Below are positions 7,139 to 17,820 of a stretch of DNA of 64,000 bases, in pieces. The position numbers were made by a program, and so were the translations under genes. Below the pieces are notes generated by a model, which was not told the DNA's origin, searched no databases, and saw nothing but the letters and a program-made list of their open reading frames with translations. The DNA comes from a virus, in the IMG/VR virus record IMGVR_UViG_3300042691_016949, positions 6,227 through 70,226 of that record; one strand, given 5' to 3'. Position 1 is the stretch's first letter. Each line of letters begins with the position of its first letter.

Positions 7139-8206
7139 ATGGCTTTCCAAGATCCAATCGCCGGCATCATCGGGATGTTCGGGGACACCAACTACCGGAC
7201 GTTGTACTCCGACAACGAGGCGCTGCGGCCGGCACTCGTGGATGCCGTGCGCCAGCTTGGTGCCGACCGTGCGGCCGACCAGAGGACCATCGGCAACATC
7301 GAGTCCGAGGTGGCCGGCGCCCAGAACCTGTACAGCCAGATCACCCCGCAGGACCTGGCCGTCCTTGGTCGCATCGCCCAGAACGCCTCGGTCAACCCGC
7401 TCGACACCTTCGACGCCCTCCAGTCCCGCTACACGGGGATGGCCAACTCCTTCGCGGACCGCTTGGCTGGTGGTGGGCTGTCGGCGGTGGACAAGCTCAA
7501 CCTGTCCCGTGGCGGGTTTGGCGGCCGTACCGGTGGTCGGTCCCGCTTCGAGACCATCCTCTCGACCAACCGCTCCAACCAGAACGCCCTGCCGCTGTTC
7601 CAGTCGGCCATACAGTCGATCTCCCCGGCGGCCTCAGCCCTCGGCAACACCCAGGCGCAGCAGGCCAACACGGCCATGCAGGCCATCACGTCCCGTGGCA
7701 ACATCCCGCTCCGGGGTGTGGGGCTTTCGTTCCTGCCCATGGAGGCCCGTGGCGAGGCGGCCCGTCGCAACGCGGAACTCCTCGGTTCCCTGACGGCCAC
7801 CAACCAAGCCAACATCATGGGCTACAAGGCCGAGGACAACTGGGCGAAGAAGCTGTCGGACTTCGGCAACCAGCAGGCCGGCCAGATCATGGACCTAGCG
7901 AAGTCCGCGGCTTCGATGTACTTCGGTGGCGGCATGGGCGGCATCGGTGGAATGATGGGCGGAGGTGGGGGCGGGGGCGGGTTCTCCCAGATTTTCGGGA
8001 TGTTGAACCGCGGCGGTGGCGGTGGTGGGCAGGGGGCTGTCAGCAACAACGTCTACAACCCGTTCGTCTCCAGTGTCCCGGCGACCAACCCCTACACCAT
8101 CTCCAACCCTGGCAGCGTGAGCTTCGGTGGTGGCAACGTCATGCCGGCCCGCTCGTACAACCCGTTCACCATCTCCAACCCGGGCAGCATCAGCTTCGGA
8201 GGGTAA
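7139..8206 (+). CDS. Putative internal virion/ejection (pilot-like) protein
   Basis: Ala/Gln/Asn/Gly-rich helical protein with poly-Gly; located in the ejection cassette. Confidence 0.55.
   Translation: MAFQDPIAGIIGMFGDTNYRTLYSDNEALRPALVDAVRQLGADRAADQRTIGNIESEVAGAQNLYSQITPQDLAVLGRIAQNASVNPLDTFDALQSRYTGMANSFADRLAGGGLSAVDKLNLSRGGFGGRTGGRSRFETILSTNRSNQNALPLFQSAIQSISPAASALGNTQAQQANTAMQAITSRGNIPLRGVGLSFLPMEARGEAARRNAELLGSLTATNQANIMGYKAEDNWAKKLSDFGNQQAGQIMDLAKSAASMYFGGGMGGIGGMMGGGGGGGGFSQIFGMLNRGGGGGGQGAVSNNVYNPFVSSVPATNPYTISNPGSVSFGGGNVMPARSYNPFTISNPGSISFGG
8087..8203 (+). repeat. Duplicated peptide NP(Y/F)TISNPGS(V/I)SFGG
   Basis: Two copies at about 8087-8131 and 8159-8203. Confidence 0.85.
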
Positions 8207-8210
8207 TCCT

Positions 8211-9080
8211 ATGGCAGTCCTCTTCACCAACCCCGTCGTCGCGCAGCAGGTTCAGGCCGCCGCGCAGAACCAGCTCGCCCAGCGCCAGCTGGACTTGCAG
8301 GACCGTGAGTCCTTCCTGTCCGGCATCCGCCAGGCGCAGGAGGTGGCGAGCCGTGAGCGTGCCCAGCGGTACCAGACCGATGCGTACCGCGATGCCAGCC
8401 AAGGTCAGAACCGGGTTGGGATGGCGCGGGTGCAGGCCGACACCCTGAACACCGGCCGCGAGCTGGACCTGAAGTCGGTGATGGCCGAGAACGACCGGCA
8501 GTTCCGGGAACGTGAGCTGGCCACCCGCAAGGCCATCGCGGAGATCAACGCCAACGCGACCCGGCTGCGTCCGCAGGATCTGGTGGACTTGGAGCAAACC
8601 GTGGCGGCTGAGAACAAGGACGCGGACCAGTTCAACACTGAAGCCGCCAACGCCGCGGCAATGCTCAAGGCCGCCATCGCCGAACTCCGCCAAAAAGACG
8701 AGGAGGTGGTGAAGGCTGGTGAAGGAATGCTTGGTGGCGTATTCGTTGGTGGCCAGGCGAAGTCTGCGGCCGAGGCCGCCAAGGCCCGACTTGCCAAAGG
8801 TGTCGAGCCGTACTACGGGCTGGCTCTCAAGGTCACCCCCGACATCGGCAACTTAGTGAGCCTACAAGGCACCAACGTGGTGGCCAAGCAGCTTCCATTC
8901 ATCCGTGCGGAGGGTGGAAAGCTGGTGGCCGTCACACCATCGGCTCCACAGGCGAGTGCGATGGGGCAGAATTTGCCTACCAACAACCCAGCCGCACTGA
9001 TTCCTGGGCTCGGATCCTCCCCGCTCAGCCTGACCAACCGGGCCACCGGAAGGGCCTTCACGGCACGCCCGATCCAATGA
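8211..9080 (+). CDS. Putative internal virion/ejection protein (coiled coil)
   Basis: Start MAVLF 4 nt after the upstream stop; Q/A/R-rich coiled coil. Confidence 0.55.
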   Translation: MAVLFTNPVVAQQVQAAAQNQLAQRQLDLQDRESFLSGIRQAQEVASRERAQRYQTDAYRDASQGQNRVGMARVQADTLNTGRELDLKSVMAENDRQFRERELATRKAIAEINANATRLRPQDLVDLEQTVAAENKDADQFNTEAANAAAMLKAAIAELRQKDEEVVKAGEGMLGGVFVGGQAKSAAEAAKARLAKGVEPYYGLALKVTPDIGNLVSLQGTNVVAKQLPFIRAEGGKLVAVTPSAPQASAMGQNLPTNNPAALIPGLGSSPLSLTNRATGRAFTARPIQ

Positions 9081-9087
9081 TTCGGGT

Positions 9088-9117
9088 TTGACTTGACGTA
9101 TTGCGGAGTCGCACCAT
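9088..9117 (+). promoter_or_regulatory. Promoter TTGACT-N18-CACCAT, probably leaderless for the giant gene
   Basis: -10 ends 6 nt before GTG 9124; no obvious Shine-Dalgarno. Confidence 0.5.
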
Positions 9118-9123
9118 TGCCCC

Positions 9124-12100
9124 GTGGCAAGGTACGAAATCCAAGACGATCAAGGACGCAAGCTGGAGATTGATGTCGAGGGCGACCTGACGCCCGAGAT
9201 CGCGGAGCAGGCGTTCGCCAACTACGACGCCATCCAGATCGCCTCCGCCGGCCCCCGTGGATCCGAGGCTCGCCGCCGAGCCCAAGCGGGGGTGGTGGCT
9301 AAGGCTGAAGAGGCCACCCTTGAGGAGGGTGCAACCACCAGTGACGGTCGCGCAGCGGACGCACTGAACCGCTTCATGCAGGCCGGATCGGCTGGGGTTG
9401 GCGCAGCAGTCCAAGCCATCCCCCGGGTTGGTGGCCTTCTCCTGCGTGCCGGAGAAGCCCTTTCCAAGAGCGGTGTCGGAGTCGGTCCTGGTGGCGCGTT
9501 CCCGACGGAACCGGCACTCCCGCAGCAGGCTCCTGTCAGCCCGCAGCAGATGGAGGAGATGATCACCCAAGACCCGCTGTACAAGGCGGGTGCCGGCGTG
9601 GTCTCCGGTGGGCGTGAAGCGTTCCCGACCAACCCACAGTTCAACGAGGACTTCACCTCCACGCTGGCTTCCGGCGCTGGGCAACTTGTCCCCACGGTCG
9701 CGGCGGGCTTGGTCAACCCCGCTCTCGCGGTGGCGCAGTACGGCATGTCCTCCGGCCAGCAGGCCGCACAGGAGGCCCGTTCGACCGGCAACCCTGAGAT
9801 GGCCCAGGCGGCTTTCGGGGTCACGGCCCCCATCGGCGCAGCCACCGAGGCTGTGGTTGGTGTCGTGCCTGGAGCCCAGTCGCTACGTCGCCTTGGAGCC
9901 AATCGGTTGACCCGTGCCTTGACTGAGGGCGCGGTTCGCGAAGGCGCTCAGGAAGGCTTGGAGCAGGTGGCTGGGAACGTGGCGGCCAGTGAGATCGGCT
10001 ATGATCCCAACCGCCCATTGATGCAGGGTGTGCCTGAAGCTGCGGCTGCTGGGGCAATCTTGGGAAGCGGTGTTGCCGGGGCCGCCGCTGGCGTCGATGC
10101 CCGCAACCGCGCCGACCGACTCGCCGCCATCCGTCAGCAGCGGGATCCGTTCAACCAGCTCAACCAGATCGTCGAGAACGCCCCCATCGACTCCCCGCAG
10201 ATGGCCTTGGTGGCCGAGGCGTCGAGGATGCCCCGTCCACAGGCTCCTCCTGATATGAGCCAGTTCGAGGGGTTGACCACCGAGCAGCTCCTGTCCGGCG
10301 TGCAGCAGCGGTTGGACCTGCGGCGTCGGGTTCTGGAGGACGACTACCGCCGCCGGCTGCTTGCGGAGTCGGCTCCCCAAGGGATCTTCCAGCCCCCTTC
10401 CATCGACGATGCCGGCACCCCCATCGACCAGTTCATCGGGGAGCAGCGCCGTGCCCAACGCCGGTCCAACCTGGAGGCTGGGTTGACCCTGCCGCAGATC
10501 CAGCCTCCGGAACCGGTTCAGGAGCCCACCATCGGCCAGTACCCGCCAGAGGGATTCACGACCGGCTCCATCCCTTCGCAGGAGGAGCAGGCCCGTCGGG
10601 AGCAGGTGCGCCAGCAAGCCATCCTTCGAGGCCAGCAGCGGGCGCGGGAGGCGCGTCAGGCCCAACAGATCCCGCAGGAGCCGCAGCCTCTGCCGTCCCA
10701 GTTGTTCCCCGCCCCTGAGCCTGTGGCTCCGGTGGAGCAGGATCTCCGAGCGCAGGCCCTTGCCGTGGCCGCCCAGCAGCAGTTGGCTCAGGCGCAGGTG
10801 GATGCCCGCCGCCGTGCCGCGGAGATGAAGTCCCGCCCCATCTCCACCACCGTCATCGACGTTCTCGCCAATGAAAACCAAGTCACTCAAGCAGGTAAAA
10901 TTCCTGATGTCGTCCGGGAGCCCGCTGTCCCCCAACCAGAAGCTCAAGCTCCGCAAGGAACTCCGGTCCAAGAAGGTGCGAATCCGCAAGTAGCGGAGCC
11001 GGTGGTTGCACCCACCAAACCCGGAGCCCGTCTCCGGAAATCCCCTCTCCGCAGTGAACCTGCGGCGGCCCAAAGTGTCGCTACCTCGGGAGCCGGGGCG
11101 GGAGTCTCACCAGCTCCTTCCCCGGCAATCGAGGAATCCGTGTTCGGAGTGCGTCCCTACAAGGGGGCTCCCACGATCACCCGGGACGCCTACAACCTAG
11201 TCAATGAGGCGGTGGATGCGGGTATTGCCACGGACGACCCAGTGGCTAAGAAGATCCGGCAGTTGGACTTGGATGCCGAGCAGGGAGTCCAGAAGTCCGA
11301 CGGCTACGAACTGCTTTCCGAGCAGGGGAAGTTTGATGCCCTCCAGCGGTATCGCAACAAGCTCTACCAGTCGGCCATAAGGTGGACGAGCAGTGGGAAG
11401 TTCACCTTCAATCAAGCCAAGATCGCTAAATCGGCCGCGATGGATGTGGGTAAGTCGGGTGAGGAGCAGTTGAACCAGCGGATCTCCGGCGAGCAGGCCA
11501 TCGGCGAGTCCGAAACCGAGACCAACCTGACCCGCGCCACCTCGCAGGTGAGCCCACAGATCGCTCCTGTTGGAAAGACTCCCCGGGCGCGGCAGGATGC
11601 CGTGGCGGTTCTCAAGGAAGTGCAGTCCCGCTTGGGCCTCACCTCCAAGGAACTGGTGACGATCATCGCCGCCTACCAGAGCCAGACCACCGAGGAGCTG
11701 AACGACCGGGAGATGGAAGCCTACGAGGCCGCCCTCCCGACCTTGCAGAAGCTGGGCTCGCTGGACTTCTCGGTGAGTTCCCTGATCGCCGAGCCGATTG
11801 GGCAGGCCCGGGCGCAGGTGGCCGTGGATGAATGGCTGGAGGCCAACGGCAATCCCTCCATCCTGATCCGGGTGGTGGACGATCCGAACCTGAAGACCCC
11901 GGACGGCCGGAACGTGGCGGCCCAGATCCAGTTCTCCCCGGGTGGCCAACCCATCATCACCATCAACGGTTCCCAGATCGGTTCTGAGGCGGAGGTGGGC
12001 GAGAAGATTTGGCACGAGATCCTCCACACCGTCTGGGAAGACCCGGCCGTCCAGAAGGCTTGGGGTGAAGTGGTTGGGCAGTTGAGCGAGGGAGATGTCC

Positions 12101-15100
12101 AAGCGCAGTTGGCCCGGGGCTACTCGCCCTTCGAGGCCACCATGGAAGCGGCCATCGACAAGGCGTCTATTCGTGCCGCGAATACCAAGGTGCGCCCGGC
12201 GTGGCAGCGGTTCCTCGACTCCATCTGGCAGGCCCTCAAGCGGACGTTCGGGTTCGAGACCCGTCCCAACAACTTCGAGGAGCTGATGGTCAGTGCGCTC
12301 CGGGCGGCTGCGGGTCCGTGGAATGGGCAGCAGCAGAGCCGCTACAACCAGGACGTCGCAGCGATGGACAAGGCGTACCTGGAAGCTGTGGCTCGCGGGG
12401 ACATGGTGGCAGCGCAGCAGATGGTGGATGAGGCGGCAAAATCTGCCGGGTACAACATCGGCCCAGTGTACCATGGCAGTCCCAAGAGGTTCTCCAGGTT
12501 CGATGTCGGCATGATCGGTTCGTCCAATGGGAGATCGGAAGGATCCGGGTTCTACTTCACCACGGACAGGGATGTTGCGGGCGGATATTCGACCGATGGA
12601 GGGATGCTGTTGTCGGCGTTCCTGAAACTGGGGAAGTCCCTTGCATACGATGCGAAGCCGTTTGGAAGATCCGATGTCAAGCGCCTGTTGAGTGGGATCG
12701 TCGAAGAGGAGAAGAAGGATGGGGTCTCTTGGAAGGATGGATTCCTGTCCAACTACGTGGACACCTATTCGACGACGCTTGCCGGTGCAGTCGAAGGCGC
12801 TTCCAAGTTCTTCACGGATGAACGCAGCGCATTGGACCAGATCGGAGGAATCGTCGGGTCCGGGGTATCCCCCGAGGTCATCAATGCGGCACTGAAATCC
12901 AGCCTCGGATTCGACTCGTTCTTCTCCAGGGGTTTCAGTGGCGAGGACAAGAGGGGTGGCGACATCTACGTGGTCATGTTTCCCAACCAGATCAAGTCCG
13001 CCGACCCCGTCACCTACGACGACGCCGGGAACGTGGTGCTCCTGTCGCAGCGGTTCAACCCGGAGACCGGGGACATCCGCTACTCCGTGGCCAACAACCT
13101 GTACGTGACCCAGCCACAGCGGTTCAAGCGGGTGGCGGAGGAAGGGCAGACGGAGGCGGTGGTGGCACAGGGGCAGACGGCCTCGGCCATCATCCCCCAG
13201 TCCACCTTGGACGAGATCGCGGCCTTGGAGCAGAAGGAGAATCCCACCCCAGTGGAGAAGGCGACCCTGTCCAACCTCAAGGGCGTGCGGCAGATCGCGC
13301 AGGTGGCTGCGGTGGCGGACCAGATCCGTCAAGCCAACGAGGGCTGGGGCAACTACCGCACCCTCAACGAGCTTCCGGATGCCTACAAGTCTGTGGCCGC
13401 CCAGTCGATCATGGCCACCCACCTGTACCTGAACCAGCGGTACGTGAGCCTGAAGAACCGGCAGTCCAGGGTGGCGTCCCAGATCACCTTGATCAGCAAC
13501 CGGCTGAACGACCTCACCGAATCCCGGCTGCTGGCGCGTGTCAGCGAACAGGAGGCCGACCAACTGCTCAAGGATCTCCAGGCCCTCATCGACTTGGAGA
13601 TCAAAAAGGTGGGGACTTCCTCGGCTTCCCGCACGGTGGAGGAACTCAACAGGGCCAGTGCTGCGGTGGTGGGGTTGCGGCAGAAGCAGGACGCCATCGC
13701 CGCTGCGCTCCAGTCGATTGCCAAGGAGGCCCCGCTCGCGGACTTCGCCTCACCCGAGGCCATGAAGGCTTGGATCGAGTCCCGGCAGTCCGACAAGACC
13801 AAGAGCCCGCTGATGACGGACGAGATCGCCAACGCCATCCGTGCGTCCCTGAAGCCTGGAAGCGGATTGCCAGACCGGTTGTCTTTGATCCGTGGGCTCA
13901 TGGCGGACACCGCTGCGGCGAAGGGTCAGATCAAGGAACTCAAGGCCAAGGTGGGCAACCCCAAGACGGCCCTGAAGACCATCATCGCCCTGAAGGTGGA
14001 CGCGAACTCGGTGCTGAACCAGGTGGCTAGGCTGGACCGGGCGCTCGACAGGCAGCTCATCCAACTGGACGGCCTCGATGCGGCGATTGCCGCGATGGAC
14101 CGGATGCAGGTGAGTCCGCAGTACCAAGCCCGTGTGGAGTCGGCCTTCCGCTACGGCGGGTTCAAGTATTCCGGCATCATCCGCTACACCGAAAGGCCCA
14201 ACGGGGACCAGACCCTTGTCGGCCCCAGCGGCAAGGAGTACGTGGTCAACTTCACCCCGGACTACACGGTGGAGAAGACCAACCTCGACCGCATCGGCGA
14301 CTGGATGGAAGAGACCATCAGCGCGGTGTACAACCCGGAGTCCCCGACCTACATCACCGACCCAGCCAAGCGGACTTCCTACGGGAACTCGCTGGCCTAC
14401 GTGAGTCGCTATCTGACCGACCGGCGCTGGCTCTTTGAGTCCGCATGGGAAGACTCCAAGGCCGTGCAGCTCCTGTCCATACCCCTTCTGGGACTGGAGA
14501 AGGCCGGGATGCTCAAGGCCGCGTGGGGCGACCATCTGGACACCCGCTTCAATGCGTACCGGCTCATGGCTGGACGTGCCGGTGGTGAGCTGGTGAAGCT
14601 GTCCCGGGCCATCGACACGTTCGGGGCGCGTGCGAAGAACCTGATTGAGCGCACCAAGGAACCGTTGGCGGTGGGTCGCCGGAAGGCCATCGAGTCCCAT
14701 GGGTTCAACCCGGATGACGCCGCTGACATCGCGATCTGGAACCGCAAGGTGAACTCGTGGATCCTGAGCCAGAACCAGAACCCCGGCTCCACCCCGGTCA
14801 AGGAAGGGGATTCTCTCGGTGAAGGACTCGTGGCCACCAAGGAGGACCTTGCGTTCGCGGAGATGCAGCACAAGTTCTCCCGGGAACTCGGCGACATCTA
14901 CTCCGGCACCGAGGTGGACGGGGCGACGAAGGATCCGAACGCCCCCGGACTTTCCCCGGAGGAGCAGCTCTTCGGCTTGGACTTCTCCCGAAAGGCCATG
15001 CAGTACGGGTACTCCATCGGCCGCCAGTTCTCCGAGGCGGGGCAGGAGTACACCCGCGAATGGATGGGGGCTCGCGCCAAGGATCTCGCGGAACACAGGC

Positions 15101-17820
15101 GCCGGGTGGCCGAGGCTCCGGAGGGCACTGAGGTTCCCATGGTCTGGGACGAGCGCACCAAGGTGGCCGAGGCGGACATCGAGGGCCATGTGTACTCCCA
15201 CATCCGGGAGTCCTCCACCGACTACACCCCGACTGCCGGCAAGGCGCTTCGGGCCGCGTACAGGGAAGTCTCGAAGTTGATCCGCAGGGGCACCCAGTTC
15301 ACCACCCTCAACGACATCGCGGAGGAGCTGGCTCCGCTGCTCTCCACGGACGAGGCGGAGGTGGGAGCCACGGAGGCCAAGGAGGCGCTGCTCAAGGCCC
15401 TCGACAGGGACGTGGTCAACTACAACCGGACCACCGAGCTTGTCACCCAGCCCTCGAACGACCCCACTGTGAGCGACCTGCCCAAGGCGTTGGCGGCGGT
15501 GCGGTCGGCCAAGGGTGCGCTGGTCAAGGCCCGTGGGAAGATGGTGGCTCCGAGCTTCTTCTACGACTACTCGCTGGACACCGACGCGAAGCGGGCCGGA
15601 ATGGTCCACATGGGCAAGCAGGCCCTCCAGATTTCCGAGATCAACGCCGGCCGGAACATGCTGTCCGCGATGCGGGCGCGGCTGGCCGAGTACGACACCA
15701 AGATCGAGGCGCGTGCCCAACAGCTTGGCCGCAACGGCAAGAAGATCGGCACCTGGTCCGCCACCCGTGAGCTGGAGGCCGACCTCCGCAAGAAGTTCAA
15801 GGCCGGCGAACTGATGATCACCTACACCATGTTGCGGCGGACGGCCAACAAGCTGGAGACCCTCATCAAGGACCGCGAGGACGCCCTGAGCCGCCAGCGA
15901 GTCATGGAGGAGGAGGCGTTCAAGGTGGCCATCCTCAATGCCGGCGCGGGCGCGGTGGCCTCCACGCTCCTGTCAGCCCCTTCACCGATCATCAACAACC
16001 TCACCGCGGTGGTGTTGGATCCGCTGCGTGTCGGCCTGATGCACGGTGGAGTCGGGTTCGCCATGACCCTCTACAGCAAGCAGGCGTTGAGGGGTGTGAA
16101 GTACGTGTTCCAGAAGTCGGCCGACAAAGCCTTGAGGAAGCTGGCCCTCGCACTGCCGAAGCGTCTCCGGGAGAAGCTGCTGGACGTCTCGTGGGAACTG
16201 TTCAGCGACATGCTCACCCACCGCCAAGAGCTTGAGGACTCCGGGGGCGTCGAGGGGGCGGAACCGTTCTCGTCCATCTGGAGCCGGTACAAGGCCAACC
16301 CATTGTCCTTCGGCGACACCACAAGGGCCAAGGAGACCGCGGTGTCACGCATCGTTTCGAGCGTGTTGACCAGTCCGTTCCTTGGGAAGGGGTTGATCCC
16401 GGCGTCGTTCGAGTACCTGCGCCAGAGGTTCCCGGGGGCTGGTGATCGCATGGTCAACTACACCAACTCCCTGCTGGAGAAGGAGTTGTCCGACAGGATC
16501 AAGCTGAAGCTGTGGCTGTGGGTGGACGGGTTGGAGGGATCCACCCGGGACCAGAAGATCAAGTCCGCGGCGTCACAGACCATCAAGCCCGAAGACCTCG
16601 GACTGAGCAAGGAGCAGCTCTCCAACTACCGCACCACCTACGACCCCACCGGTTCCTTGGAGCGGTTGGCCATGGACTACTACCTCCGCAACCCCGATGG
16701 GGCCAAGGGTGAGCTGCTCACCCCGGAACAGCGGGATGGGGTGGTGTTTGAGCTGGTGTCCTTGACCAACAAGGAGGTGGACTCCACGAGGCCGGACATC
16801 ACCAAGGGCGGTGCCGGCATCGGGGCGGTGCTGAAGAGCAAGGCGTTCCTGTTCATGCGCTACATGCTCCAGTTGATCGGCGTCCAGAAGCGGGTGTTCG
16901 GACTCAAAGGTGGTGCCGACTGGAAGGACGAGTTCGGACAGGCTGCCGCCTACCTGTTCCTGCTGGCGATGACGTTGGCCACGGGCGCCTTGGTGCTGCC
17001 GTTCAAGCAGGCCGCGAGGACCGCCATCCAGAATGAGCCTCTGACCAGCCCCACCATCACCCAGGTGGGAGAGAATCCCGAGCTGCTTGGGAAGTACCTG
17101 ACGGCTGCTGCCGGCGGCGTGATGCCCATGGGCGCTAGCCTCGTGGGGGCGTTGACTTCTGGGCAGCCCCTGATGGGACCTATCACGGCCAACGTGCTGG
17201 AGAACAACCCCTTGGTCGGTGCGGCCAACAACCTCATCGGCGCGGCCACGCAAGCCTACCAGTCCGGCGATGTCACCTACCCCGCATTGGACTGGGCTCG
17301 GAAGCAGGTGTGGTTCAGCCAGCCGCTCATCAACGCCCTGCTGCCCGGGGAAGCCATGGCCCGGGAGGCCAAGCGGGCGGTGCGTACAGGAGCTGTGGGG
17401 ATGGAGGTGCGGGAGTCTGGAGGCGCTCCGGCCCAAACCCGCGCCACCCCCATGACCCCCATCATCCGGGATGCCGTGGCAGCCCTGTACGAGGGGGACG
17501 ACGCGAAGTTCCAGGCAGCCAAGCAGCGGGCGCTCAACTTCTTCACCGACAAGGGGTTGGACGCCAAGGAGGCGGAGCAGCGGTTCAACTCCTCGATCAG
17601 TGGACGGGATCCGTTCCGGTCCGTCCTCGGCCGCAACCCCACGGAAGAGGAGATGGGAGCCATCATGGCGCGGGCGACACCTTCGCAGCGGGCCACCCTT
17701 TCCCGGGCTCGGGCCGGGTTCAGCCTGCGGAAGAGGAAGCAGGGAGGACTGCGGATCCGTTCATCGAGGCGCCGGCCCGCTCGCAGGCGCGTGCGATTGA
17801 GGAAACAGTCGAGGGCTTGA
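9124..17820 (+). CDS. Giant polyvalent internal virion protein (2898 aa) with zincin metallopeptidase and ART-PolyVal-like ADP-ribosyltransferase domains
   Basis: HEILH at 12013-12027; YHGS..GFYFT..VVMFPNQIKSADPVTYDD..RFN..DIRYS at about 12340-13086; N-terminal EGAQEGLEQ motif typical of ejection proteins. Confidence 0.8.
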   Translation: MARYEIQDDQGRKLEIDVEGDLTPEIAEQAFANYDAIQIASAGPRGSEARRRAQAGVVAKAEEATLEEGATTSDGRAADALNRFMQAGSAGVGAAVQAIPRVGGLLLRAGEALSKSGVGVGPGGAFPTEPALPQQAPVSPQQMEEMITQDPLYKAGAGVVSGGREAFPTNPQFNEDFTSTLASGAGQLVPTVAAGLVNPALAVAQYGMSSGQQAAQEARSTGNPEMAQAAFGVTAPIGAATEAVVGVVPGAQSLRRLGANRLTRALTEGAVREGAQEGLEQVAGNVAASEIGYDPNRPLMQGVPEAAAAGAILGSGVAGAAAGVDARNRADRLAAIRQQRDPFNQLNQIVENAPIDSPQMALVAEASRMPRPQAPPDMSQFEGLTTEQLLSGVQQRLDLRRRVLEDDYRRRLLAESAPQGIFQPPSIDDAGTPIDQFIGEQRRAQRRSNLEAGLTLPQIQPPEPVQEPTIGQYPPEGFTTGSIPSQEEQARREQVRQQAILRGQQRAREARQAQQIPQEPQPLPSQLFPAPEPVAPVEQDLRAQALAVAAQQQLAQAQVDARRRAAEMKSRPISTTVIDVLANENQVTQAGKIPDVVREPAVPQPEAQAPQGTPVQEGANPQVAEPVVAPTKPGARLRKSPLRSEPAAAQSVATSGAGAGVSPAPSPAIEESVFGVRPYKGAPTITRDAYNLVNEAVDAGIATDDPVAKKIRQLDLDAEQGVQKSDGYELLSEQGKFDALQRYRNKLYQSAIRWTSSGKFTFNQAKIAKSAAMDVGKSGEEQLNQRISGEQAIGESETETNLTRATSQVSPQIAPVGKTPRARQDAVAVLKEVQSRLGLTSKELVTIIAAYQSQTTEELNDREMEAYEAALPTLQKLGSLDFSVSSLIAEPIGQARAQVAVDEWLEANGNPSILIRVVDDPNLKTPDGRNVAAQIQFSPGGQPIITINGSQIGSEAEVGEKIWHEILHTVWEDPAVQKAWGEVVGQLSEGDVQAQLARGYSPFEATMEAAIDKASIRAANTKVRPAWQRFLDSIWQALKRTFGFETRPNNFEELMVSALRAAAGPWNGQQQSRYNQDVAAMDKAYLEAVARGDMVAAQQMVDEAAKSAGYNIGPVYHGSPKRFSRFDVGMIGSSNGRSEGSGFYFTTDRDVAGGYSTDGGMLLSAFLKLGKSLAYDAKPFGRSDVKRLLSGIVEEEKKDGVSWKDGFLSNYVDTYSTTLAGAVEGASKFFTDERSALDQIGGIVGSGVSPEVINAALKSSLGFDSFFSRGFSGEDKRGGDIYVVMFPNQIKSADPVTYDDAGNVVLLSQRFNPETGDIRYSVANNLYVTQPQRFKRVAEEGQTEAVVAQGQTASAIIPQSTLDEIAALEQKENPTPVEKATLSNLKGVRQIAQVAAVADQIRQANEGWGNYRTLNELPDAYKSVAAQSIMATHLYLNQRYVSLKNRQSRVASQITLISNRLNDLTESRLLARVSEQEADQLLKDLQALIDLEIKKVGTSSASRTVEELNRASAAVVGLRQKQDAIAAALQSIAKEAPLADFASPEAMKAWIESRQSDKTKSPLMTDEIANAIRASLKPGSGLPDRLSLIRGLMADTAAAKGQIKELKAKVGNPKTALKTIIALKVDANSVLNQVARLDRALDRQLIQLDGLDAAIAAMDRMQVSPQYQARVESAFRYGGFKYSGIIRYTERPNGDQTLVGPSGKEYVVNFTPDYTVEKTNLDRIGDWMEETISAVYNPESPTYITDPAKRTSYGNSLAYVSRYLTDRRWLFESAWEDSKAVQLLSIPLLGLEKAGMLKAAWGDHLDTRFNAYRLMAGRAGGELVKLSRAIDTFGARAKNLIERTKEPLAVGRRKAIESHGFNPDDAADIAIWNRKVNSWILSQNQNPGSTPVKEGDSLGEGLVATKEDLAFAEMQHKFSRELGDIYSGTEVDGATKDPNAPGLSPEEQLFGLDFSRKAMQYGYSIGRQFSEAGQEYTREWMGARAKDLAEHRRRVAEAPEGTEVPMVWDERTKVAEADIEGHVYSHIRESSTDYTPTAGKALRAAYREVSKLIRRGTQFTTLNDIAEELAPLLSTDEAEVGATEAKEALLKALDRDVVNYNRTTELVTQPSNDPTVSDLPKALAAVRSAKGALVKARGKMVAPSFFYDYSLDTDAKRAGMVHMGKQALQISEINAGRNMLSAMRARLAEYDTKIEARAQQLGRNGKKIGTWSATRELEADLRKKFKAGELMITYTMLRRTANKLETLIKDREDALSRQRVMEEEAFKVAILNAGAGAVASTLLSAPSPIINNLTAVVLDPLRVGLMHGGVGFAMTLYSKQALRGVKYVFQKSADKALRKLALALPKRLREKLLDVSWELFSDMLTHRQELEDSGGVEGAEPFSSIWSRYKANPLSFGDTTRAKETAVSRIVSSVLTSPFLGKGLIPASFEYLRQRFPGAGDRMVNYTNSLLEKELSDRIKLKLWLWVDGLEGSTRDQKIKSAASQTIKPEDLGLSKEQLSNYRTTYDPTGSLERLAMDYYLRNPDGAKGELLTPEQRDGVVFELVSLTNKEVDSTRPDITKGGAGIGAVLKSKAFLFMRYMLQLIGVQKRVFGLKGGADWKDEFGQAAAYLFLLAMTLATGALVLPFKQAARTAIQNEPLTSPTITQVGENPELLGKYLTAAAGGVMPMGASLVGALTSGQPLMGPITANVLENNPLVGAANNLIGAATQAYQSGDVTYPALDWARKQVWFSQPLINALLPGEAMAREAKRAVRTGAVGMEVRESGGAPAQTRATPMTPIIRDAVAALYEGDDAKFQAAKQRALNFFTDKGLDAKEAEQRFNSSISGRDPFRSVLGRNPTEEEMGAIMARATPSQRATLSRARAGFSLRKRKQGGLRIRSSRRRPARRRVRLRKQSRA

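Noticed and set aside
7925-8035. G-rich stretch as a G-quadruplex element
   Set aside because: Explained by poly-Gly coding in 7139-8206.
9222-17436. Long antisense ORFs (e.g. 11197-13563, 13750-15720; also 55280-57250, 42348-43616)
   Set aside because: Shadow frames of GC3-rich sense genes.
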